A DNA stretch of 64,000 nt. Source: the human T2T-CHM13v2.0 reference genome, Homo sapiens. The position numbers and the translations under genes are program-made. The stretch lies in assembly GCF_009914755.1 (NCBI RefSeq), contig NC_060937.1. The stretch is one strand, 5' to 3'. A model generated the notes under the pieces. The model made no database searches and had not been told where the DNA came from. It saw only the letters and a program-made list of their open reading frames with translations. Positions 16,178 through 29,618 of this stretch are shown piece after piece (within the stretch, counting starts at the first letter, position 1; each line of letters begins with the position of its first letter).

Positions 16178-17915
16178 TGATGGCAGCAGCGGCCCATCTG
16201 GAGTGGCTGCTACAAAGACACCGCAGCTGGGAAGGCACAGCCGTGGCTGTGCACTCTACACAGCCAGCGAAAGCCAGGAACAGTTGGAATCCCCACCCCT
16301 TCTGAGTCGGTGAGGTGAGAGCCCCGTGCTCCCGTATGCAACTGCAGCTCCCTAGCTGTGGCTGTGGACCTGGGCATCCCTGTACTCTCAGGGGCCCAGG
16401 AAGCCCCCTCCTCCTACAGACGTGGAAGTGGCTGCTCCCACTGCCTGGCCTCTCTCTGCTCCTGGTGCCCACTCTGATTTTGGAGCAAAGTTGAGGCCAA
16501 GCCTGGACGCTGTTGAGACCTGGCTGGGTGTGCATGCGCTTGGGACAGCACTGACATGCCAGTCCCCTGCCTCCTCATCCCCCTCCAGACTTTGGCCATC
16601 AACGAGCATTGGACGGTGTCTCAGCACAGGCCTGCAGGTGCCCCTCAGCATGAACAGCCTGAACACCATGGTCACTATGGATGGCAAGTTGATGGAGACA
16701 GGAGGCACAGGCTCCTGGGCAAAAAGAGAGTGGTACCCAGTGAAGCCCCACCTTCAGGCCAGGAACAGCCTGAAGCAATGGGCTGCCTGTTCCATGGTCC
16801 AGAGTGAGAACTTACGCTGCCTTTCCTGGGCCTTCCCATGGATGCCCATGAACCAATCAGCATGCACTTTCTCCCCTCTGAAGCCCATTAAAAACTGACT
16901 TAGCCAGACTCAGGCAGATGATGGGACAACCTGCCCACAGAGAGGAGCTACCCACTGTGGGTCTGGGTCTCCTCTCTACTCAGAGCTGTACAGTCATCAG
17001 GACAACCTGCCTGCATATGGGAGCTACCCATTCCAGATCTCTTTTCTGCTGAGGGCTGCACAGACTTTGGAATAACCTATCTGCAGACAGCAGCAACCCA
17101 CTCCGGATCTTCTCTTTACTGAGGGCTGCACAGATGCTCACAGATGGGACCCAAAATCATTTTGGGTCTCCTCTCCACTGAGGGCTGCACAAATGCTCAG
17201 ACAGCCTTCCTGTGGAAAGGAGCCACCCACTTCGGGTCTCCTGAGAGCTGTTCTGTTGCTCAATGAAGCTCCTTTTCACCTTGCTCACCCTCCAGTTGTC
17301 CATGTACCTCATTATTCCTGGACATGGGACAAGAACTCAGGCCTGCCAGATAGCAGGAGTGAAAGAGCCGTAAGCCAAACGGGGCTGAAACTCCCCCCAA
17401 CCACCACCACCAAATTGCCATGTTACAGGCAATGAGAAGGGGAGAAGAGCTGCATCCCTTTGGTTAGCCCAGACCTAGGAGTTCCCTGAACCAGGGCTGT
17501 GACATCCTCTTTGGGGCTCTGTGATTCCTGGCATCTCCAAATCTCCAAGCTTCTGGGTGCCACCACCTTCCCCGACACCTGTGGTGGAAGCCATTTGTGG
17601 TATGCCTGGTCCAGGGACAGCCTTACAGGGAGCCAGCGCCTGGGCTGGTGCCTAGAACTGCCCTCCCTACTGCAGCTGGCATACCTGGCTATGCACAGTG
17701 GCCAGACCTGGCACTTGCTTTCTTACACCCCTTGCTGCTCCATGCCTAGCATGTCCTTGGCAGGTGTGGGATCTGGACCAGTAGCATGAGCTGAGTGCAG
17801 CCTGCTAGGCTGAGTGGGTGGAACAAGACCAGCAGGTCCAACCAAAACTTGATCAAAAGTGCCACCAGCCAGAGGTTTCCAACTGATTAAATGACAGCCA
17901 AAAGATTCTTTGACC
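16178..17915 (+). mobile_element. MER52-type ERV1 solo LTR (~1.7 kb)
   Basis: GC-rich; starts tgatggcagcagcggcccatctggagtggctgct; 4-bp TSD ttac/ttag (one mismatch); homologous end to end with 40102-41656. Confidence 0.85.
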
Positions 17916-19879
17916 TTAGGAGAGAGCCACACAGATTAGGTAGCAGACCTTTTTGCCAAAGTGCTTTTTTTCTAGATGAAGAAATTTTGGGAAAAACTCA
18001 GAGAAAGATGGATGGAAGTCAATCAAAAATTTTGCTTGTCAAGCCCGAAAATGCTACCATGTACTGTGAGAGAATAAAATATTTTATTATTCACTGAAGA
18101 AGGATTTCTGAAGAGGGCAAGAAAATCTCTCAACAGGTCTATAAACGGCTTGAGATAAAAAAGAAAGGATAATTGAAGCTGGCTTTTATTTTGGGGTGAG
18201 TCTAGAATCTGGGCTTTCCTCCCACATTCCCCTATAAATTTCATGGTTTAAGCTTTCTGCTTGTGCCAAAGGAAAGAGTGTCCAGGCTCTCTTATGCCCA
18301 GAAGTAAACAGCTGTGGGGCAGGAGATGGGAGAGTGGTGAGGCTTAAAAAGTGTCCACAGTCAAAATCAAAATAAATCCAAAGTCTGTGTTCTGAAGAGC
18401 AATCTTTCTAAAGCTTCAAATGTGAAGGAATGCTAACTATAGTTTCATGCTGATGTGTGATACTAAAATACATTTAAAAATTACAGAAATTTTGACCTTG
18501 AATACTTCAACCATTTTCTGGTGGAAAAGAAGCCTTTCTTATTAGGAGCCACATTACATGTAATCAACCTAATCGAAATGTATACAACTATTAACCTTTT
18601 AGATAAATTCATTGTAGCTGAAAGAAAAAGCTGTCTGCTCAGACTAGCAACCTGAGCTCTCCTCAGAATATAACATTTGCTAAAGTTGTTTGAAACCAGA
18701 AAGATAACCATTTCAAAACAAAAGATTGGCTCTGGATTGTAGGTTTCTTATTTGCAGGACTAGGTCAAATTTAGGACCATGATTAGAAAGGGAAGTGCTT
18801 AGCAATGAAATAAACCATTACAACAGTTGAAATACAATGGTAAAAAAGCCAAAGGTGCAGTCATGGTATAGAAGTTAATGGAAAATTTACTTGACCAAGC
18901 TTTGAAAAATCAAGGCAGTTTTGTTTCGAAAACTCCAAAAGGACCAATGAAAATATTTTTGGAGAAGCCATCATGACTTGATGTAATTATCATAACAGCT
19001 GATTCTTGATAATGTCATCTTTCATGAACTCACAACTAAAAACTTATAATATTTGATGGTATTCCTCCTTATGGAGATAGGCAAATAATCTTAGAGAAAC
19101 GAAAAAAATCTGTTGCCAATATGATCACTAGAGCTTTTATATAGGGATACAAAGGCTTTTACATCATCTGAGAGAAGGGACCTGCAAGTATTGATATTCT
19201 TCAATAGGCCATATTGCTTTAAATTTTCCTGAAATTGCCGTTCTTATCCAGACAGAAAACATCAAAGAGACAGAGTTAACACCATTCTGGAAAATTTTGT
19301 TGAGTGTAAACATTTATCTCCCATCTGATTTTTAAAAATATAGCTTTTGTTTCAGAATCTTCAAGTTAAATGAGTTTATAATAACTGAATTATTCCATAA
19401 AGAGAGAGGAAGGAGTGTTAATTCAGACCAACTACTTATGGGTATGCGTGTTTGGAGATGGTTAATGATTCAAAAACACTTTCATTTCTAAAGAGACAGA
19501 GATATTTGGAATTTAGAGCATCAGCCATACTTAAAAGAGGAGGTAAGACTCAAGATATCTTGTTTTGGTTAAGAGCATTAAACAAACAAAAAATGTCTGC
19601 TTAGCACAGACATTATTTGGAAAGCAGAAAAAAATCAACATACTTTATTATGGATTTAATGATAAAAAAACACTTTGAAAATCAACCATAGCTTTTACAA
19701 TTATAAGTCAAAATCATACCATTTTCAAAAACTATAATAGACAAATTAAGTTTCTGAATTTCAATTGGCTAATAAGGACTTGATATTTATGTTTACTTTC
19801 TTAAGCTAGCAGTTTTTATTAAATTTCATGGTACTATTTTACATGAAAAGCATTACTTTTAGTGGATTTGTTATGTTAG

Positions 19880-20510
19880 GCCTGTGGAACCATGAGTCAA
19901 AATGTTATGCCTAAGGTCCTAAGCCTGTGTTCCATGTTTAATGCTACCACTTGCTAGCTGTATTGGTTCTTTCTCACACTGCTATAAAGAGCTACCTGAG
20001 ACTGGGTAATTTATGAAAAAAGAGGTTTAATTGACTCATGGTTCCACAGGCTTTACAAGAATCATGACTTGGAGGCCTCAGGAAACTTACAATCATGGTA
20101 GAAGGTGAAGGGGAAGCCAGCATGTCTTACCATGGAGGAGCAGGAGAGACAGAGAGAGCAAAGGGGGAAGTGCTACACATTGTCAAACAACCAGATCTGG
20201 TGAGAACTTACTCGCTATTATGAGAACAGCAAGGGAGAAGTCTGCGCACATGATTCAATCACCTCCTACCAGGCTCCTCCCCCAACATGGGAGGATTACA
20301 ATTGGAGATGAGATTCAGGTGGGGACACAGAGCCCCCATATCACTGGCTATATGAAATTGCCAGGTTAATCTCTATGCATCAGTTTCTTCATCAGTAAAA
20401 TGGGTATGATATATACTTACCTCATATTGCTACCATAGCAGCTAAATGTTCCCTGAACGTGAAATATAAGCAAAGTGCCTATTACCCATTAACATTAAAT
20501 ATTAGCTATT
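19880..20510 (+). mobile_element. MIR split by an MST LTR
   Basis: gctaccacttgctagc|...|tatgaaattgccaggttaatctctatgcatcagtttcttcatcagtaaaatggg matches the MIR core. Confidence 0.7.
19959..20343 (-). mobile_element. MSTA-like MaLR solo LTR
   Basis: tgtattggttctttctcacactgctataaag...ccatatca; TSD ctagc/ctggc. Confidence 0.88.
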
Positions 20511-20559
20511 TAAAAAATGTTATTTTTTCTTTGTTAACATTGGAAAGGCTCTTTTAAAA

Positions 20560-21390
20560 AAATTTATTCTTAACTTCTGTGCATATATAGTAGGTGTATA
20601 TATTTATGAAGTATATGAGCTATTTTGTTATAGGCATAAAATGGGTAATAATTCCATCAGGATAAATGGGGTATCCATCCCCTCAAGCACTTATCCTTTG
20701 TGTTACAAAAAATTCAATTATATTCTTTTAGCTATTTTTAAATGTACAATTCAATTATTATTGAATATAGTCATGTTGTTGTCCTTTAAAATGCTAAATC
20801 TTATTCATTCTTTCTTAATATTTTTGATACCAATTAGCCATCTCCCCCACAACCCGCACTGCCCTTCTCAATTTCTGGTGACTGTCATTCTAACTTCTAT
20901 CTCTCTGAGTTCAATTGTTTTGATTTTTAAATCCCACAAATAAGTGAGAACATGTGAAGTTTGTTTTTCTGTGCCTAGCTTATTTCAGTTAACATAATGA
21001 CCTCCAGTTCTATCCATGTTGTTGCAAATGACAGAACTCATTCTTTTTTATAGCTGAATAATATTTCATTGTGTATATGGAGCACATTTTCTTTATCCAT
21101 TCATCTTTTGATGGATACTTGAGTTGCTTCTAAATCTTGGCTATTGTGCATAATGTTGCAGTAAACATGGGGGTACAAATATCTCTTCAAAACACTGATT
21201 TGTTTTGGGTAAGTACCCAGCAGTGGGATTGCTGGATCATAGGGTAGCTCTATTTTTAGTTTTTTGAGGAACCTCTAAACTTTTCACCATAATGGTTGTA
21301 CTGCCTTACATTCCCATCAACAGTGTAAAATGGTTCCCTTTTCTCCATATCCTTGCCAGCATTTATTATTGCCTTTTTTTAATAAAAGTC
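20560..21390 (-). mobile_element. L1MA-type 3' end (5'-truncated L1)
   Basis: taggtgtatatatttatgaagtatatgag...gggtatccatcccctcaagcacttatcc...cccagcagtgggattgctggatcatagggtag. Confidence 0.88.
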
Positions 21391-22929
21391 ATCAAAATAC
21401 TGACTTTTAAAAATCGTAACATTTATCTTCATTGTTTCCCATGCTTCAAATAAATGTACTGAGCTTTGTGTAGTATTTTTGTCTGTTTATTTATATTTTT
21501 AAGCTCATGAATACTTCCCAAGAAAGTTGATTGTGTCATATAGAATTCAAAAGAAAGATACGAACTCCCTATTTGATAAAAATATAATGATAAAAGAAAA
21601 GCAATATAATCTGGCAAAATGGCAGATTTTTTTCTGCCTAAAAACTTTGACACATGGAAAGTATTTAAAATAGGTGATTATCATTATCATCTGATCATAA
21701 TTATTCATAATTTTACTTATTATTATATAACTAATGTTTAGCTACTTGCCATGTTGCAGTCTTATACGGGCATACTAAAGTCTATAATTATGTTTGATTC
21801 TTTCATTTTCTCCTTTACTTTGACAATTATTATGTACATGCATTGATACTAAATTCCTTATTCAGAAAGTGACTTAACTACCAAATTTTCATGCTAAAAC
21901 TTAATATTAACAAAAAAATTCCCTGTATGTTCAAATAATATTTAACTTAATTTGCTGCTCCTTGTATATGCTAATGGTGCCATTCCTGCAGTTTTTAAGG
22001 CAGGAATCGCATAGTATATATTTCATCATCCTTTAATTTCCAATTTTAGAATTTTAACACTTTCGTATGTACTTTCATAATTCATATGTTAATAATTGTT
22101 AATTATTCATTTCTTTCATGTACCTTGAACACACTATATTATTCTTCATTATTTTTCTTTCTCGATTTTTAATTTGTTAATATAATCTGGAAGTTGAAAA
22201 CCATATTATGTTTCCCATAAATATATTTTGTATTGTGTTTTATGGTATTTTTTAAATTTCCATGTTGAAATGTATTATTTATAATTAGATTAAAACAGCT
22301 ATTTTTATAGGCACGGCTTGTCTTGTCCATACGTTAGTGTGTTTTTAGTACAAACTCACCATTTGTGTGATTGTTCCTAACACATAAAAAAAACTGTCAT
22401 ATAGAATTGTTGAAAGAAAACTTATTATTTGAAATGTTCTATTGCTAGTACTGTTGTCTTAGGTCATTTATTGATGGAAAAGTAAAGTTGAAAGAGAACA
22501 TGATCTTTGTTCAGTTATAGATTATTTGATATTTCTCTGACTGTGTTGGGCGAAGTGGCTGAGCACCAGGGATGCATTCTTTTTCTTTGTGTTTGACCTC
22601 AGTTTTATTCTATGAAAAAAGTGCAGCTGTGTCTGGTACATTCCCTGGTACTATAACTTTCCATTCATTGAAAAGCTTCTAGAAAAGTCCATTAACCTGG
22701 TTTTCTGTTGGTTTTCCCACCTTTCTCCTTAGGTCTTCCAACACACTGTTGGGTGACTGTAATGAATCTGTAGTACCAAAGGCAGTTTCAAATGACCTAT
22801 TTCCTGATTGACTTTTTGTCTACCATGGACTTTTTGCAGCAGGAGAATATTTAGATTTCTGGCAAACACCTTTTTATCCTTTGTCACAACCCCTCATGTC
22901 ACTAAAATTTCAGCACAGCTATAGTATAA

Positions 22930-23298
22930 AGTTTTGAACATTATGCCCCACATTCCAGCTCAGGCACCCTCTACAGAGTCTCTAAATTCTGTCTCAGGTT
23001 TTTCTCTAAAGCTTAAGGGAAGACATTGAGACATCAAAACACAACATTCACACTCATGGGGGAAAATTATCAACAAATAGTAAAGGAGGTTGAAAGATAA
23101 ATGCCCAGCTTCTAATACCTTGTAGAGATGATTTTTATGGTCATTCTGGAAGGTTTTCTTACATTTTGGGTTTTCTTCCTTCTATGTCTCACTAATGTCA
23201 TTTTTTCTTTCCATTCTATGGGATTTACTCCCAAATACATTGCTAGTTCTCAGGTTTAAGTGTCAGGCACTGCTTTTGAAAGAACAGAAATTAAAACA
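22930..23298 (+). mobile_element. ERVL LTR fragment (LTR16-like)
   Basis: 3' end ctcccaaatacattgctagttctcaggtttaagtgtcaggcactgcttttgaaagaacagaaattaaaaca resembles the LTR16 terminus; highly diverged. Confidence 0.45.
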
Positions 23299-23527
23299 TG
23301 TCCTTCCAGTTTTTTATTTTAATCTCTGCAATGTCATGCTATGTTCTTGCAGAAGAGAGTTTTGAGTTAGGCTTTATTGTCTTCCTTCATTATAGTACTG
23401 AATGTACTCTACCTAGCAGAAATTCACTGATGTTTCTGTCATGCAATGGAAATGAAGGCACATTTTAAAAAATCATTCTTACTTTCAATGTGGTCATATT
23501 CAATATAAAAATATAAATGGTGGAAAA

Positions 23528-25010
23528 TTCTGCTTCCACCCAAGATGGAGTAACAGATACATATTTACCCACCTTCCTTAAATAACCAAAAAGCTGAAAA
23601 AAGATAAAGAGCAATGTTTTCAGATATTTGATAGCAGGCAGTGTCGAGTAATGGTCCTTGAGGCAAAGAAGTATGAAAGTCCTATGATTGTCCCTAGCTT
23701 AATGCCTGGAGAGAGGGTTGACTGGGCAGAACCAGTAGAATTTGAGCTGGGGAGATGGAGTTGGAGGTTAAAGGAGGCCAAAATAACTGCAATTCACAAG
23801 GCAGAGTAAAAAAAGGAGAGACTTGCACAGAGAGAGGGACCACCACAGATCTTCAAAGTGTCCTTTCCAGCAGAGTGATTATCAGCACATGGATGTGAAG
23901 AAACTAACTGAGATGGGGCAATAATGTAAGGAGGAGAAATAAATGAAATAATATTAGAAAGAAAAAAATAAGACTGACACTATTTAAAAGTGACATGATT
24001 GTCTACACAGAGAATCTCTATGAACCTACAAACAATATATGAGTACAAGGAAACACAACTAATAAGTGAATTTAGGAAAGTTGGAGGATACAAGGTCAAT
24101 ATACAAAAATCAATTGTATTTTTAAATACTAGCAATGAACAATCAGAAATTAAAACTTTAAAAATAAAACTATTTGCAATAGCACCAGGAAACACGAAAT
24201 GCTGGGTATACATCAAAGAAATGTATGCATGAACTGTACGTTGACAACTACAAAACACTGATGAAATAAAACAAAGCAGACCTAAAGAAATAGAAAGATG
24301 GCTGGGTGTGGTGGCTCACACCTGTAATCCCAGCATTTTGGGAGGCCCAGGAGGGCGGATCAACTGAGGTCAGGAGTTCGAGGCCAGCCTGGCCAACATG
24401 CAGAAATCCCATCTCTACTAAAAGTACAAAAATTAGCTGGGCATGGTGGTGGGCACCTGTAATCCCAGCTACTCAGGAGGCTGAGGCAGGAGAATCACTT
24501 GAACCTGGGAGGCGGAGGTTGCAGTGAGCGGAGATCATGCCACTGCCTTTCAGCCTCCGCGACAAGAGTGAGACTCTGTCTAAAAAAAGAAATAGAAAGA
24601 TATGTCATACTATGGATTGGAAGACTCACTCACTGTACAAATATGTAAATTTTTCAAAAAATGTTATATGTTGTCAGTGAAACGCAAAAGAAATAACAGC
24701 ATAATTTTAGTATAAATTAAGAATTTGATTCTATGATTTACATGAAAAGCAACTAAATTAAATTAGTCAAAACAATTTTGAAAGAGAAAAACAAGGTTGA
24801 AAAGCTCACACTATAAATTCATAGTTAAGACAGCATGGTATGAGTAAAAAGATAGGCATATTAATAAATGGAACGGACTAGAGAGTCCAAAATAGAACCG
24901 GACATATAAGGGCAATTAATAAACTATGAAAGTGAAAAGAAAACTCAATGGAAAGAGATTTTTTTTTCAACTAATTGTTTGGGCGCAACTAGAATTCCAC
25001 ATTAAAAAGT
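23528..25010 (+). mobile_element. L1 fragments (5'UTR piece fused to ORF2 RT region), interrupted by an Alu
   Basis: ORF 23999-24232 (LISEFRKVGGYKVNIQKSIVFLNTSNEQ) is L1 ORF2 RT sequence; ttccacccaagatggagtaacag resembles an L1M 5' end. Confidence 0.8.
24300..24590 (+). mobile_element. AluS (Sq/Sx-like)
   Basis: Full dimer; exact 16-bp TSD aaagaaatagaaagat at 24284-24299 and 24586-24601. Confidence 0.93.
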
Positions 25011-25754
25011 GCCCTAGACATTATCCATTGTGTCACTATTATTCAATTTAACATGGTATACTTTCACAACTTTCTAAGCTTTGTTATAAGAATAGATGTA
25101 GATTTCTCATTTTAATTATTTTATCAATAATTTTTAATATCAAAAGATGTATTATAATGTAAGGATCAGCATAGACAGTTATACATTACCAGTGGAGACA
25201 GACCAAGCTTACAAAGTCAATTTGGTGAAATTAATGGCACTGCACTGATATCCAAAATGTCCTTATGACTTTTCTCATTACACCCCTACTTAAACTGTTC
25301 CTTTCTGGAATTCAGCCAGTGCAATTTGTTCCAACTGTTCAAATTGTGGAGAAGTAAATCTTATAAATTATTACAAACAAACTTCTTCCTTTTACTTACT
25401 ACACCTCATCTCTCCTACAGGAAATAGTACCAACAGAGGTCATTGTCATTAGAAATAATTATGTTGCACTCCACTTGCTGTTATCAGATTCTTCTAATTT
25501 ATTCCCAAGAGAGAACAAGCATTTTTTTTCATTATTATCTTTACAGGAAATATTGCAATTTCATATATTATTCAATAATTTTATTCTGTATGTGGCTATT
25601 TAAGCACATATATTTCAAATAGTAGAGTTTCAATCTAACTATTAAGTTAGAGTTTCATTATAGAGTTCCAGCCTATCTTTATTATTTGAAAATATATGTG
25701 TTTAAATGGCCACATATAGAATAATAAACTCATTTAAGTGTTTGAGCCATATTA

Positions 25755-25990
25755 TCTTAGGTGAGACATGGTGAGGCCAGAAGCAGTTGAAGAGAGAGAG
25801 AGTTTTGCAGTTTTATCAAGCTCAGTTCCCTGGAAAAACACAGCACACCAGGCAGGACAGGGTAACTCAGGATGCACCACGGTCCACCAGAAGGCAGAAG
25901 GAGAAAGAGGAACTGTGGGCAAATGCCTTCATTATGTGTCTCTCAAGAAGGAATGGGCCAGGAAAAGAAGGAGTTTAGGATTGGCAAGCT
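25755..25990 (-). mobile_element. Possible ancient ERVL-type LTR fragment (MER73/74-like)
   Basis: Purine-rich island gacatggtgaggccagaagc...ggagtttaggattggc in AT-rich DNA; family recalled only weakly. Confidence 0.3.
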
Positions 25991-28324
25991 ATGTGTGAAA
26001 GAGTCTACCCTGCAAAATTCATGTTCACTGTGACTGTTGAGCATATGATTTGGGACTATCTAAGTCTCTGGATGCGTTTAGGTGAGCCAGAGTTTACTTG
26101 GGAACATGCAGTGAATATTTTGTAGATGTTAAAACATTGATTTACAGAAATGAAAAGTATGTTTATTACATGAAGCCCAGGAGATAATAGGAAAAAAACT
26201 AAAATAATATTTGGATGATTATTATTTATATACTCTACTTTAGCAAGTTCAATAGCAAGTTTCATTTCTACATTTTCAGCTGCTTGCCTTTTGATTTGCT
26301 TAATAATCTTCATATTATAATGTTGATGCTATAGGATTGACAACATTCATGAATAAAACTCTATGTATTTTTGTGTTCATGTTTTAAAATTAACATCTGC
26401 ATGCAAAGAAAAGTCTCTGAGTAGATAATATTAAGATATACAATGTTTAAGATGATCATGTCTGGGGGAAAAAACATCATAATAGAGCTCATCACAATAC
26501 ATGCATGCTGACTGATGTCTTAAAAATCAATAATTTAATTATATCAGAATCTTTTAAAAGTGAACAAAGATGCCACACCAATCTGGCTTATAGCTTTTTA
26601 AATTAAATATTAAACACTCCCAACTTAATCTTCATAAATGAAATCTTAAATCTTATTCAGCATAATAATAAGAGTGAAAGGTAATAGCATATAATATGAA
26701 CAATATCTATATTGACTAATATATATAAATAAATATATGATTACAACCTTTATCATGCAATGTAAAATATCAAAAAATTTTATGCACAGTTTTTAAGAGT
26801 GAGTTTGAGAAGAAACAGAGCTATAATAATTGTTAATTATTTAGACCTATCCAGGAACTTAATTAACTCTACATTTTATGTTCTATGGTTTTGTTTTTTA
26901 GTATATAATAGGCAGTTAGTCCAAATTTTTAGAAAAGCTGAATAAAATATGATTAAAAAAGAAGAAAGCCAAAGAAAGACAAAGTTAACGTCTGTATAGC
27001 CCTTTCTCCTCCCTCCCTATTTCTATGCAAATAAACTCCAGCTACCTTAACAGGTCACCTTTAAGCCTGGCAGAAACAGAGGAGGCCTCCTGCATCCTCC
27101 CTTCCTTACTTTCCACAATATCCACATTACTAGCTCATCACTCCCCATCCTTTTTGACACACAGTGTTTCTATCACAGGCACTTTTATCTAAACCGCACA
27201 TTATAAGACTATTTGCCCAAGAAATTGTGTCCACAGGCTTGATGTCACTTCATTTCTTTAACTCAAAGCACCTTTAAAAATGAAGTATATTACCCTGGAA
27301 GTGGTAACCTCTTTAAGTCCAATTCCAGTCATAAGATTCATAAGGAACAAGATCTGTGATGGCACATATGATAGACAATATTCAAGAGGGTTAAAGATGG
27401 GGTAAAAGAAGAATTGGAGATAAGGGATAGAAAAAATTGGAAGAAAGTACAATGTCACCTTGGGGGTAATTTACAAGGTAAGAACAAGAAACTTGGGTAA
27501 ATAGAATTGAGAAAAGAAACTTCACATTCCTTAGAATTTCTCATATATCTGGTCTCTGTGACTGGATCAAAAGTTTCCCTAAGTTTATACTGACAGTGCA
27601 CAATGGCAAGTCCATTTCCGATAACAGGAAATAACCTCTCAAATTTATACAATCATGGGATCCAGAAACAGTGCTGTCCTAGCATTCAGAGTCAGAATCA
27701 TTAAGGCAAATAAAATAAAATGCCAAACTGAACTGACACCAAACAGTATCCTAGCCACTCTGCATATAAGGATTATGCAGTATTTGGTGAGAGAGAAACC
27801 CACACTGGACTCCAGAACTGTATTATAATTTTACCTGAATTCTTCTTGCAGTATACTGTGTTAAAGGCTAATGTTAATTATACTGAACTTGACTTTCATA
27901 GAGAACACAAAAATGGAGAGGGTGGTTGGACAAGCAGCTGAGATCTAAATAAATAACACAGTGAGGGAACTGAAGGCAACATTCTGGTGATAAATGAAGT
28001 GACTATTGACATTTGAATAGGATAAAAGGTATTACATAAGATAAATCAAAAAGGAGACTTCCAATTCAAAACTGGAGAAGAGTTTGGGAGCAACACCTTG
28101 GCTGTGGAGTGGTGGTGTGATCCGCAGGCTAACAGCAGGGCCAGCAGGATATGACTCATGTAACAGTAGAAGCATTTGGGGTTTTTCCTACAGCAACAGG
28201 CACTCACAGACAAGAGAATTTTCCATATGTCCAGGCATCATATATATTTTTAAAGTACATGGAAAGAATGCCTAAAAGTTTGTATTATCGTGAATGGGAA
28301 TACAATTTGCAATTGTATACCTTT

Positions 28325-28465
28325 CATTGTGTTATAAATTATTTTGTTCTTTTACTGTACTTGTTTACTATAATGTGTTATAAATTATTTTGTTCCTTTA
28401 CTATACTTGTTTACTGTAACATTGTGTTATAAATTATTTTGTTCTTTTACTATACTTTTGTACTT
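28325..28465. repeat. Minisatellite, ~3 copies of a 46-49 bp unit
   Basis: tgtgttataaattattttgttc(t/c)tttact(g/a)tactt starts at 28328, 28374 and 28423. Confidence 0.9.
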
Positions 28466-29575
28466 TTACTATACTCTGTTCTACTAAAACTAGAAAAATT
28501 ATATTTTGGAGAAAGAACAAAATTAAGTTCATTATAATAAATGTGTACCAGTGCAAAATTTGCAAGAACATAAAATTGCGAATAAGGTGTTCTTTTTCAG
28601 CTGGGCAACTGGAAATACAGCTAATACATCTTCCTCTCACAGGACTGCTGAGCTCAATGCATTTGAACTTCCTTCTTTTCACCTCAGATTAATCCCAGAG
28701 TTCTCAAGCAGATGCTCACATGTTCTTCTAAGCCAGGCTGTTACCTACACACGTTCTCATTTCTGCATATTTGCAGGCAACAAAACTCCCTAGAGAAGGT
28801 TCACTTCTGCTGGAATCCATCATAAGATTCCCCATTCCCAGACATAAGTGTTCAAAATACTAGGACAACAGAGATTGTGTGGAGAGGCAGAAGCTGTCTT
28901 CCCACGGTTATGATACTCATTGTCACCAAGATCCTCATAAGAAGATTCATTCTGGCCCAGAGTCATTGGAAGTGCCTCATGAACAACAATTCAATCAGAT
29001 TTTGCCTCCAAATCGATGAGAACTCCACAAGGAATGAAAAACATTTCAGAGAATAAATGTAAACGCATGCTATTCTACTCCTTTCCTTCCTCTGAAGGGT
29101 AGCACACCTGAACTAAAATATTTCTGACAATATAAGACAATCTTTAAGTAATTTATGAATTTATTAAGTATTTCTATAATACTAATAACTATGGTAGAAC
29201 AGCATGCAAATAAAAAGAAAGCCAAAGTCTAAACATAAAAAAAAATCAAATTCCAACTGTGGTTAAACCAATATAATTTTGAATAGTCTGAATTGGAATT
29301 CCTAGCCTGTATGCCTTAAGCTACAAGTCACTCTTATTTCGTGTACTTTAAAACCATTTCCCTCCCTATGGCTCTCTGTAGCTTTTGCTAAGTAAAACTT
29401 TATCTCATTTGGGATCTTATCCTCTCTCTTCTTTGCAGAAGCTTCTGCCCACACACATTTTTGGCATTTCCGACCTTAGAAATGGGCCAGGAATTTCTCA
29501 AGTAGTTAATGTGAGATCAGGAAAGAACAAGATGTGCTTCAAACACAGCCCAAATAACACAAGTACACAGTCAAT

Positions 29576-29618
29576 ACACACACACATGCGCGCGCACACA
29601 CAAACACATACACACATG
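29576..29618. repeat. Imperfect (CA)n with a CG core
   Basis: acacacacacatgcgcgcgcacacacaaacacatacacacatg. Confidence 0.8.

Noticed and set aside
16116-17932. Cluster of overlapping 60-158 aa ORFs (also 40035-41693)
   Set aside because: These arise from the stop-poor GC-rich MER52 LTR; the similarity between the two clusters is LTR homology, not gene paralogy.
28325-28465. Repeats at regular spacing resembling a CRISPR array
   Set aside because: Units are contiguous tandem copies without unique spacers, in primate DNA with no cas genes.
28800-28970. Minus-strand 54-aa ORF (MTLGQNESSYEDLGDNEY...)
   Set aside because: Short, no recognisable domain or exon support; expected by chance.
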